A stretch of 37,635 nt of DNA from Holosporales bacterium (GCA_031279495.1 JAITIJ010000032.1:1-37635); one strand, 5' to 3'. Counted from the stretch's first letter, positions 27,572 through 35,595 are shown. The notes: generated by a model not told the origin, from the letters alone. A program made the numbers and translations.

Positions 27572-28174
27572 ATGATTGTTATCGTAGATTACGGAGTGGG
27601 AAACTTAGGATCTGTTGCGTCTATGCTCCGTCGCGCTGGAGGAGATCCTGTCGTAAGCTGTGATCCAGATGTGATTTCGCGGGCAGATAAATTGATTTTG
27701 CCTGGTGTGGGAGCATTTGATAGAGCTATGAATGGATTGGAAGAGCGCCATCTTCTTCCTGCTTTGCAAGAGGTCGTCGCGCGAGAAACACCGGTGCTAG
27801 GCATTTGCTTGGGGGCTCAAATCCTTGGAAGGAAAAGTGAGGAGGGTATATGCGCCGGCTTAGGGTGGCTAGATATGGAAGTGAAGAAGTTTTCTTCTAA
27901 GGATCTCCGTGTTCCTCACATGGGGTGGAACACGGTTACTCCAGCTAAAAATTCCTTGTTGTTTGACGCTATTTCTACCGAAGAGCAGCGTTTCTATTTC
28001 GTTCACTCTTACTACATGCAATGCCGTAATGAAGAGAATATTCTAGCTATCTCTTCTTATGGAAAAGACTTCGCTTGCGCCGTAAGTTGTGGCCATATCT
28101 ACGGAGTGCAATTTCATCCAGAAAAAAGTCATCGCTTCGGGATGAATTTATTTAAAAGATTTCTCGATGTTTAG
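27572..28174 (+). CDS. HisH-like glutamine amidotransferase subunit (WbuY type)
   Basis: 'IVIVDYGVGNLGSV', 'GICLGAQIL' and 'VQFHPEKS'. It is paired with a HisF-like gene and an N-acetyl sugar amidotransferase, not with his genes. Confidence 0.85.
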   Translation: MIVIVDYGVGNLGSVASMLRRAGGDPVVSCDPDVISRADKLILPGVGAFDRAMNGLEERHLLPALQEVVARETPVLGICLGAQILGRKSEEGICAGLGWLDMEVKKFSSKDLRVPHMGWNTVTPAKNSLLFDAISTEEQRFYFVHSYYMQCRNEENILAISSYGKDFACAVSCGHIYGVQFHPEKSHRFGMNLFKRFLDV

Positions 28175-28934
28175 AAGGATTATTCCTGTGCTTCTTCTTT
28201 CTGACGGTGGTCTTGTAAAATCAAAAAATTTCCAAGATTGTAGGTACGTTGGTGATGCACTTAATGCTGTACGTATTTTTAGCGAGAAAGAGGCTGATGA
28301 GCTAGTGTTTTTGGATATAGAGGCGACACGCCGTGGCGCATCTCCAGATATAGAAATGATCAAGGCTATTGCTTCAGAAGCTTACATGCCCTTTGCTTAC
28401 GGAGGGGGAGTGCGAACACTTCAACAAGCTGAAAATATTCTTCGAAATGGTGCAGAAAAGATTGTTTTGAATGATGCTATTTTTTCAATACCACATATTG
28501 TTGAAGAAATGACGAAGGAGTTTGGTTCTCAAGCTGTTGTTGCGTGTATCGACGTGAAGAGGATCATTTTTGGCAAATATGCGATTTTTTCTTATAAGGA
28601 TAGGACGCTACGTAAACCAGATCTTGTCACCTCTATTTCTCTATGCGAGAACCTTGGATGCGGAGAAATTATCGTGCAGAGCGTTGATCACGATGGCCAA
28701 AGGACCGGATATGACGTACCCTCCATTCAGCGCACACGAAAAGCGACCTCACTCCCACTTGTCGCTTTGGGGGGCGCTCGGAGCGTAGAGGATTTTCGTG
28801 CCGCCTTTCAAGCGGGAGCAGATGCAGTTGCGGCAGGATCTATGTTTATTTTCTGGGGAAAGTATCAAGCGGTTCTTATTAATTACCCAACCAGTCAAGA
28901 AATAAGGAGTATTCTACATGCAGATATGCACTAA
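28167..28934 (+). CDS. HisF-like cyclase subunit (WbuZ type)
   Basis: 'RIIPVLLL.DGGLVKS', 'ADELVFLDI' and 'GADAVAAGSMF'. It overlaps hisH-like by 8 nt. Confidence 0.85.
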   Translation: MFRRIIPVLLLSDGGLVKSKNFQDCRYVGDALNAVRIFSEKEADELVFLDIEATRRGASPDIEMIKAIASEAYMPFAYGGGVRTLQQAENILRNGAEKIVLNDAIFSIPHIVEEMTKEFGSQAVVACIDVKRIIFGKYAIFSYKDRTLRKPDLVTSISLCENLGCGEIIVQSVDHDGQRTGYDVPSIQRTRKATSLPLVALGGARSVEDFRAAFQAGADAVAAGSMFIFWGKYQAVLINYPTSQEIRSILHADMH

Positions 28935-30093
28935 GTGCGTCATGGACTCCACAGCAGAAGAGATTACGTTTGACGCGCAAGGCGTGTGTAGCTTCTGCCG
29001 ACATTTTGAAGAAAAAGTTCGCCCCTATTGGCACCCAGGAACGCAAGAAAGTCTGGCGCAACTTGAGAATCTAGTCGCCAAGATAAAATGCTCTCAGCGC
29101 AGCAGTGAATACGATGCCATTATTGGTCTTAGCGGAGGTGTGGATAGCTCTTATTTGGCTTGCTGGGCTGTAAAATCCGCCGGCTTGCGGTTGTTAGCGG
29201 TTCATGTCGATGGGGGATGGAACTCAGAACTCGCTGTCCAGAACATTGAGCAGATTGTTAAAAAATTAAACATAGATCTACATACATACGTCGTAAATTG
29301 GCAAGCTATGAAAGAAGTGCAACTAGCTTTTTTTAAGGCAGGCGTGGCAAACCAGGATACACCTCAAGACCATGCGTTTTCCAGTGCGCTCTACAGGTTT
29401 GCGGTGGACAGCAAAATAAAATATATCTTGAGTGGAAGTAATATCGCAACGGAATCCTGTCTTCCTGTTTCTTGGGGGCATAACGCAGGAGATGTAGATC
29501 AAATCTTGGATATTTGCAGGACCTACAAAGCACAATGTGTCAACAAATTCCCTCTGGAATCTTTTTTCGGGCGTTGTATTTATTTCCCATATATTCGAAA
29601 AATGGAAGTTGTTACTCCCCTCAATTATTTGGATTACAGCAAGGAAGAAGCTATTCAGACGTTAGAAAAGGAACTTGGCTGGAAGTATTATGGTGGGAAA
29701 CACTATGAATCTCGGTTTACGAGATTTTTCCAAAGTTACTGGCTTCCTAAAAAATTTGGTTTCGATAAACGAAAAGCACATTTTTCAAGTCTTATTTTAT
29801 CTGGACAAATGACGCGAGATTTAGCTTTGGAAGAGCTCCAAAAGCCCTCTTTCGATCAGTCTAGTATAGAAAGCGATATTGAATACGTTGCTAAAAAGCT
29901 TGGAATAAGCAAGCAGGAGTTTTTAAAGCTTATGGAAGAACCGAATCGTATTTATAAGGACTTCAGAAACAATGATTGGAAAAGGCGCTATTTGCTGAAA
30001 CCATTTAATTGTGCGTCCACAGCTTTAAGAGAACCACAGCGGGTCTTTGGGTGGCTTGGGATAAAGAAGACGTCGTGCGGCGCAAAGAAATAA
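28918..30093 (+). CDS. N-acetyl sugar amidotransferase (WbuX/WbpG/PseA family, PP-loop)
   Basis: N-terminal Cys cluster 'CTKCVMDS......GVCSFCRHF' and PP-loop 'LSGGVDSS'. An AAGGAG RBS lies before ATG 28918. Confidence 0.8.
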   Translation: MQICTKCVMDSTAEEITFDAQGVCSFCRHFEEKVRPYWHPGTQESLAQLENLVAKIKCSQRSSEYDAIIGLSGGVDSSYLACWAVKSAGLRLLAVHVDGGWNSELAVQNIEQIVKKLNIDLHTYVVNWQAMKEVQLAFFKAGVANQDTPQDHAFSSALYRFAVDSKIKYILSGSNIATESCLPVSWGHNAGDVDQILDICRTYKAQCVNKFPLESFFGRCIYFPYIRKMEVVTPLNYLDYSKEEAIQTLEKELGWKYYGGKHYESRFTRFFQSYWLPKKFGFDKRKAHFSSLILSGQMTRDLALEELQKPSFDQSSIESDIEYVAKKLGISKQEFLKLMEEPNRIYKDFRNNDWKRRYLLKPFNCASTALREPQRVFGWLGIKKTSCGAKK

Positions 30094-30112
30094 ATGCGAG
30101 CGTGAAAAGCAA

Positions 30113-30790
30113 ATGACACGCATTTTATGTCTAGCGCCGCACACTGACGATGCTGAGCTTGGTGCCGGAGGGACTCTTGCGCGATTTGTCGAATGGGGGG
30201 GGGGGGCGCATGTCTATGTGGCAGCGTTTTCTCCTTGTCGGCAGTCTTTACGTGAAAGTGGATTGCCGGAGGATGCCTTAGAAAAGGAATTTCACGCATC
30301 GATGGATCTTTTAGGGGTTCATGGTCGTGCGATATACGATTTTCCAGTACGAGAATTTCCCACACATCGGCAAGAGATTCTTGAAGAAATGGTGCGTTTA
30401 CGAAAAGACACGAAGCCGGATCTTGTTTTAATCCCGTCTCCTGGAGATGTTCATCAAGATCATCACGTGATCCATCAGGAGGCCTTACGTTGTTTCAAAT
30501 GCGCCAATGTATGGTGTTATGAGCAGCCTTGGAACCAAAAAACAACAACGTGTACGATGTACATGCCGCTTACCGAGGCGCATCTGCAGAAAAAATGGGC
30601 AGCCATCGCGCAATACAAAAGCCAGATGACATTAAAGCGATCTTACTGTACGTTGGAGTTTGTTGCAGGATTGGCGCGCGTTCGTGGTGTACAAGCCGGT
30701 TGTGCCTTTGCAGAGGCTTTTGAGGCGGTGAGGCATGTGTGGGCACCCTCACCGGAGGTGCAAAAAATAGGATCTGAGGGGAGATTGTGA
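30113..30790 (+). CDS. PIG-L / LmbE family N-acetyl-sugar deacetylase (contains G12 tract)
   Basis: 'ILCLAPHTDDAELGAGGTL' and 'HQDHH' metal-site motifs. The G12 tract at 30195-30206 encodes 'WGGGA' and is in frame in this sequence. Confidence 0.75.
   Translation: MTRILCLAPHTDDAELGAGGTLARFVEWGGGAHVYVAAFSPCRQSLRESGLPEDALEKEFHASMDLLGVHGRAIYDFPVREFPTHRQEILEEMVRLRKDTKPDLVLIPSPGDVHQDHHVIHQEALRCFKCANVWCYEQPWNQKTTTCTMYMPLTEAHLQKKWAAIAQYKSQMTLKRSYCTLEFVAGLARVRGVQAGCAFAEAFEAVRHVWAPSPEVQKIGSEGRL
30195..30206 (+). repeat. Homopolymeric G12 tract inside the PIG-L deacetylase gene
   Basis: I counted 12 consecutive G directly in the sequence. Confidence 0.95.
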
Positions 30791-31548
30791 GTCTAAGAGA
30801 GAAGTTGTTTGATTGTACTTTGTCGTTGCACGCGTGGGCTGCTAAGAGAAGTGGGCTAAATGTGCTTCATTGCCAGCGGGACGATTGCACCCCTATGAAG
30901 GCCATGAGGTACGATAAATACGTAAAAACGTCCAGAGATCTGTACGATAAATTCGGAGATTACTCTCGGTATCGTATCCTCGAGCTTGTTGCTGAGCAAA
31001 TATACGCGAAGAAATTGGAAGGAAGTGTTGCTGAGGTTGGTGTTTACCTTGGTGATCTTGCTTTCATAATTAACAGTTGCTTCCCTGATCGAAAATTGTT
31101 TCTGTACGACACCTTTGAGGGATTTCACGAGGCGGATGTTTCTTATGATTTAGAGCACAGCTGTTCTCCAAAATGGTTTTTTACGCATAACGATAATTTC
31201 AAGCCACCAGAATCCGTGACAGATCCCATTGCTCTTGTAAGATCAAAGATGCGATTTCCTGAGCAATGCATTTTCAGAAAAGGATATTTTCCGGAAACCG
31301 CCTCTGCTGAGGAGGAAGAGAAGTTCGTTTTTGTATCGCTGGACGCGGATTTGTACAAACCTACGCGAGCGGGCCTCGAATTTTTCTACCCGAGATTATC
31401 GGAAGGAGGGTATATGTTCCTCCACGATTACAATCGTGATGGATTGCTTGGGGTAAAGCAAGCTGTACAGGATGTCGAAGAAATCCTCGGCCCCATCAAG
31501 AAATGTCCTATTTCCGATCGAGGAGGAACATTGATCGTGATGAAGTGA
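30787..31548 (+). CDS. TylF/MycF-like class I SAM-dependent (O-)methyltransferase
   Basis: 253 aa. 'GSVAEVGVYLGD' SAM-binding loop, 'LFLYDTFEGF' and 'FVSLDADLY..T' motifs typical of macrocin-O-methyltransferase-like proteins. The GTG start overlaps the upstream TGA as GTGA. Confidence 0.65.
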   Translation: MSLREKLFDCTLSLHAWAAKRSGLNVLHCQRDDCTPMKAMRYDKYVKTSRDLYDKFGDYSRYRILELVAEQIYAKKLEGSVAEVGVYLGDLAFIINSCFPDRKLFLYDTFEGFHEADVSYDLEHSCSPKWFFTHNDNFKPPESVTDPIALVRSKMRFPEQCIFRKGYFPETASAEEEEKFVFVSLDADLYKPTRAGLEFFYPRLSEGGYMFLHDYNRDGLLGVKQAVQDVEEILGPIKKCPISDRGGTLIVMK

Positions 31549-31736
31549 GAGATTTTGGGAGCTAAAATGCAAGAATGGTTGCCTATATGTGCGCGAATGA
31601 GAGAAGGCTAGAGCATATTGAAGGCTTTACCAAGCTCTGGAGAGGACTGTTGATAAGAAGCGAAGCAAAGTCATCTTGTCGCGTGATTATTAATGGAAGC
31701 CTTAAAAAAGGATAGCTCTATGGGGGGATAAGCGTC

Positions 31737-32417
31737 TTGGAAAGTGTGACTGTTTATGTTCTAACAGAAAGGCCTGAAAGGTTTGATAAAGTTGCTTCTA
31801 TTGGTAGACAGAAACGACCAGAACTAGAATTTATTCATTGTCCGAGCATTCGGGAATTGCTCCAGTTTGCTTCTCTCTTCAAAGAGAGAGATGTGTTGTT
31901 ATCCTACTGTTTCCACGAGCTTATTCCGGTATCTGTTTTTAAGTTTTTCAAGACTGCATTGAATATTCATGTCGCGCCACCTAGTCGTCCGGGTTTAGAC
32001 GGACATTTTTATGCAGCATACGAAGGTGAGGTGACAGAATACGGGGCGACAACGCACATTATGAACGCAAAATTTGACGATGGAGAGATTTTGGATGTAG
32101 AGCTTGTTCCTGTCGATAAAAACGCTAGTGGTTGGGATTTAGCGGCCGTTGCTCGCGCTTGCTCGATTAAGCTGATAGAACGCCTTTTTGAGAATGGATT
32201 CAAGAAAAATCCAATTATCGGCAATATATCCTGGGGAGGCAAAAAAACGAAGAGGACAGATTTTTTGTCAGTTGCATGCAGAATTCTCCCAACAGATAGT
32301 ACAGAGGAAGTAAAACGTAAATTTCACGCTTTCCAGGAAGGGGTTCCTTTTAAGAATCTCTATATTGATTTGCATGGGCTCAGGTTTCGCTTTGAAAAAG
32401 TTATTGAAGACGGTTAG
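31737..32417 (+). CDS. Formyltransferase-like domain protein (paralog 1)
   Basis: 226 aa with a TTG start. 'LNIHVAPPSRPG' and 'THIM....DDGEIL' resemble the formyl_trans_N catalytic region. It is clearly paralogous to the N-terminal half of ORF 33816-34928. Confidence 0.6.
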   Translation: MESVTVYVLTERPERFDKVASIGRQKRPELEFIHCPSIRELLQFASLFKERDVLLSYCFHELIPVSVFKFFKTALNIHVAPPSRPGLDGHFYAAYEGEVTEYGATTHIMNAKFDDGEILDVELVPVDKNASGWDLAAVARACSIKLIERLFENGFKKNPIIGNISWGGKKTKRTDFLSVACRILPTDSTEEVKRKFHAFQEGVPFKNLYIDLHGLRFRFEKVIEDG

Positions 32418-32440
32418 CCAGTGAAACGAGAAATGACCCC

Positions 32441-33433
32441 TTACAGTAACAAATTCACTGCCTCTATTACTTTGTTTTGGTCGACTAATGTCAGTGAGGG
32501 GTAGATAGGAATCGATATAGAGCCATTAAAAGCTCTTACTGCGTTCGGATATAGGACATCTGGATATCCGAGGAGTCTGTGAATAAGTCGATCCACACCG
32601 CGCCGCACAACAATGGCTCGCTCGAAAAATCCTCTGCAAAGGCTTTCAAAGGATTTTTTATTTTGAATGAGAGGAAATCGGAAAAAGACGTTACCCGTTT
32701 TTTCGATAAACTTCGTATATTCTGATGGTATACAATTGAAATATCTTTCCGCTATTTCTTGTCTCCTCTGCTTAATATCTTCGTAGTAAAGGAACTGCTC
32801 CTTTAGGATAGTCAAATTTAGATGAGAGGGGCAACCGCCGAAACGGTAGCCGAAAAAATCCTCTTCTATATAATTTCTAAATTTAATCTCTGTGTTGCAA
32901 ATTGAAAAAGCCCCACCTCCACCAGCATGCAAAAGCTTTGTCGGACCGAATGAATACAGGATAAAATCGCCATGTTCTCTATCTGGAACACTCAAGACAT
33001 CGCAACTTTGACAAAGGTCGTTTATCAGCACAACGCCAGGTATCCTGAATTGCGAACAATCTAAAAACGTACCAAATAAATTGACAAGAACAACGACTTT
33101 AGTATTTTTACTTACCTTGCTCTTTACCGTTTCTGGGGATACATGCCAGTATGTGCCAATGTCACATAGGATAGGTTTGCATCCTGCGTTCACTACTGCC
33201 AAATAAAGTGACCGGCACACGTACGTGGGAAGGATGACTTTGTCTTGAGGAGACAAACTCAACCCCTTTAGAATCCAATGAAGCGCGTGTGTTCCGCTTT
33301 GTGTGAAATGCAAGTTTTTCCGGTGGAATTTGGCTTCAAAGACGCTTCTGACGCACTCTTCCATGGAAGCTGAAACAAAAAAAACCACTTTCGACGCAAG
33401 AGCGGACCTTATCAGCAAGAGACGGAGGAACAA
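32441..33433 (-). CDS. DegT/DnrJ/EryC1/StrS family sugar aminotransferase, 5' region frameshifted at an A8/T8 tract
   Basis: 'SGTHALHW' and 'YSFGPTKLLHAGGGGA' (PLP-Lys region). The expected N-terminus 'MILHSQPFVPPSLADKVRSCVESGFF' lies in another frame from ATG 33455 and joins if one T is removed from the run at 33377-33384. Confidence 0.75.
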   Translation of the reverse strand: MFLRLLLIRSALASKVVFFVSASMEECVRSVFEAKFHRKNLHFTQSGTHALHWILKGLSLSPQDKVILPTYVCRSLYLAVVNAGCKPILCDIGTYWHVSPETVKSKVSKNTKVVVLVNLFGTFLDCSQFRIPGVVLINDLCQSCDVLSVPDREHGDFILYSFGPTKLLHAGGGGAFSICNTEIKFRNYIEEDFFGYRFGGCPSHLNLTILKEQFLYYEDIKQRRQEIAERYFNCIPSEYTKFIEKTGNVFFRFPLIQNKKSFESLCRGFFERAIVVRRGVDRLIHRLLGYPDVLYPNAVRAFNGSISIPIYPSLTLVDQNKVIEAVNLLL

Positions 33434-33678
33434 ACGGCTGAGAATGAAGTATCATCAACACAAAACCCAAACCTCACCTTTTCAAGAGGAGGACTACTAT
33501 CTTAGTGTACTACCCTTTAGGCCCCTCTTGCTATATCACGCTTACGTTGCAAACAGAATTATTTTCGTATTTTTGTGGGAGGTGGAGTATTTCTAACGGG
33601 AACAGGGGCGTATTGTCGCATATAGGCTTGTTAGTGGAAGCTTTCAATGGTCGGAATTCTGTTGTGCAACATTATACG

Positions 33679-33808
33679 ATACAAAAGCCAGATGACATTA
33701 AAGCGATCTTACTGTACGTTGGAGTTTGTTGAAGGATTGGCGCGTGTTCGTTGTGCCCAAGCTGGTTGCATCTTTGCAGAGGCTTTTGAGGTAATTAGGC
33801 ATGTGTGG
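33679..33808 (+). pseudogene. Duplicated 3' fragment of the PIG-L deacetylase gene
   Basis: By hand alignment these 130 nt match 30613-30742 with 13 mismatches and no indels. The first 53 nt are identical. The fragment would encode 'YKSQMTLKRSYCTLEFVEGLARVRCAQAGCIFAEAFEVIRHVW'. Confidence 0.85.
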
Positions 33809-33815
33809 TGACACT

Positions 33816-34928
33816 ATGTTAGATATTCAGACGCTTTATGTTCTAACCAAGAGAACGGAAATTTTCGATAGAATTTTCGCCATTGGGAAGGAGAAATCTC
33901 CAGGATTAGTTCTGGTCCACTGTGCAAATGTTCGGCAATTATGTGAATATGTACCTCTTTTAAAAGAAAATGACATGTTGTTGTCTTTCGGTCACGGAGA
34001 TATTGTTCCTCCTTCTGTTTTGTCGTTATTTAAAACGGCAATTAATGTTCATCCAGCGTCTCCCGCCTATCCCGGACGAGACGCGCATTTTTACGCGGCT
34101 TATGACGGTGTAACAGAGTATGGGGCGACAGCGCATGTCATGACCCCAAAAGTCGATGATGGGGAGATACTGGATATCGAACTGGTTTCAGTGAAGAAAG
34201 ATTCAAGCGGGATGGAATTGTTGGAGATCGCAAATTCTTGCGCTTTTGCTTTAATGGAGCGTCTATTTATGTGCGAGTTTAACAAAGACATAAGAAAGAA
34301 AGGGATCTCTTGGGGTGAACGGAAAACAAAGAGAGCAGACTTACCGGTTACTTGTAAGATTCTTTCAACAGATTCTGCGGAAGAAGTCGAGCGTAAGTTT
34401 CGGGCTTTTCAGAAAGGGTCTCCTTTCAAGAATCTCTATATTGACGTATACGGTTTTAGATTTCGCTTTGAAGACATTGTTAGTTGTCGTGAGAGGGGGG
34501 GGGGGGTAATTGTCAAGATGGCGCATAATTTTCTTACAAAAGCCTTTCCATTCGTAGAAAAAGTAGAAGAAACTATTGAAGCAGAACCTCTGTGGTTGCG
34601 AGAGAATTTCTTTATCGATCTTCCTGAAAAGTGGAACTTATCTCTTTCTTTTTTGGTTGAGGGGATAGTAGCAGGATTCGCGATTGTCTCTCAGAAAACA
34701 CCTTTTTGTGCGCATTTGCACCGTCTTTGTGTTTTGCCTTATTACAGAAACCAAGGCATTGCCGGCGATTTAATTTCTTCCTTGAAGAATCTCTGCAAAA
34801 ATTCTTACAAATTCTTGACTTTATCCGCTTACGATAACAAAGAAAATCTTCTCAAATTTTATCAAAAAAGAGGGTTCTTTCCAATGCGTGAGGAGGAAAA
34901 GCAAACGCTCATGATTTGTCATTTATGA
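33816..34928 (+). CDS. Formyltransferase-like domain (paralog 2) fused to a GNAT N-acetyltransferase domain across a G12 tract
   Basis: The N-terminal half aligns with ORF 31737-32417. The C-terminal half has GNAT motif A 'YRNQGIAGDL' and 'KFYQKRGF'. The track start at 33801 lies inside the duplicated deacetylase fragment; ATG 33816 aligns with the start of paralog 1. Confidence 0.7.
   Translation: MLDIQTLYVLTKRTEIFDRIFAIGKEKSPGLVLVHCANVRQLCEYVPLLKENDMLLSFGHGDIVPPSVLSLFKTAINVHPASPAYPGRDAHFYAAYDGVTEYGATAHVMTPKVDDGEILDIELVSVKKDSSGMELLEIANSCAFALMERLFMCEFNKDIRKKGISWGERKTKRADLPVTCKILSTDSAEEVERKFRAFQKGSPFKNLYIDVYGFRFRFEDIVSCRERGGGVIVKMAHNFLTKAFPFVEKVEETIEAEPLWLRENFFIDLPEKWNLSLSFLVEGIVAGFAIVSQKTPFCAHLHRLCVLPYYRNQGIAGDLISSLKNLCKNSYKFLTLSAYDNKENLLKFYQKRGFFPMREEEKQTLMICHL
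34495..34506 (+). repeat. Homopolymeric G12 tract at the formyltransferase-GNAT domain junction
   Basis: I counted 12 consecutive G directly in the sequence. They encode 'RGGGV'. Confidence 0.95.
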
Positions 34929-35593
34929 AAACGATTGCTATTCATCAGCCGAATTTTTTGCCGTGGAGGGGATATTTTCAGAAAATCCATCAGGCCGATG
35001 TTTTTGTGTTCCTGGATGATGTGCAGATTTCGTTACGACATAACGCAATAACCCACAGAACTCGTTCTTTGCGGAATGGAACACCCCAATGGCTTACAAT
35101 GCCAGTTATAAGAGCAGAAAAGATTTTGGATGTTCAGATTGGAGATAGAGCACGTTTGTGCAAATTAGAAAGAAAAGTCCGTGAGTGGTACTGCAAAGCA
35201 CCGTATTTTAAAACGATTTTTCCGATTCTTGAGCGCGTATTTGCGCATGAAACAGACTCCTTAGCCGAGTTTAATATCAATGCGATCACACTTTTGTGCC
35301 ATCATTTGAATATACACACGCCGCTGATGCGCTCTAGCACGCTCAACATTTCTTCCACAAAGCAAGAACGCATTCTCGACATTGTGACAGCTTTAGGTGG
35401 AGACCGATATTTATCCGGCAAAGGTGCTATAGATTATCAGTCTGAAGATGCGTTCAAAGACCGCAACATTACCCTTGAATATATTTCCTATAACCTTGCG
35501 CCTTATCCACAATTTAATAGCAACACATTTGTTCCTGGCCTTTCTGTTATTGATCTTCTCATGAACTGCGGATTACCTCCTCCACATCTATAG
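34925..35593 (+). CDS. WbqC family protein
   Basis: 'MKTIAIHQPNFLPWRGYFQKI...DVFVFLDDVQ' is the WbqC-family N-terminus. ATG 34925 overlaps the upstream TGA as ATGA. Confidence 0.8.
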   Translation: MKTIAIHQPNFLPWRGYFQKIHQADVFVFLDDVQISLRHNAITHRTRSLRNGTPQWLTMPVIRAEKILDVQIGDRARLCKLERKVREWYCKAPYFKTIFPILERVFAHETDSLAEFNINAITLLCHHLNIHTPLMRSSTLNISSTKQERILDIVTALGGDRYLSGKGAIDYQSEDAFKDRNITLEYISYNLAPYPQFNSNTFVPGLSVIDLLMNCGLPPPHL

Positions 35594-35595
35594 AA

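Noticed and set aside
27572-28934. hisH/hisF as histidine-biosynthesis genes.
   Set aside because: No other his genes are adjacent. They are overlapped and coupled to a PP-loop N-acetyl sugar amidotransferase, the characteristic WbuXYZ-type arrangement of glycan clusters.
33505-33732. A 75-aa plus-strand ORF between DegT and the second formyltransferase paralog.
   Set aside because: Its C-terminus ('QKPDDIKAILLYVGVC') is the same out-of-frame translation seen in ORF 30529-30723. It simply reads through the duplicated deacetylase fragment in the wrong frame.
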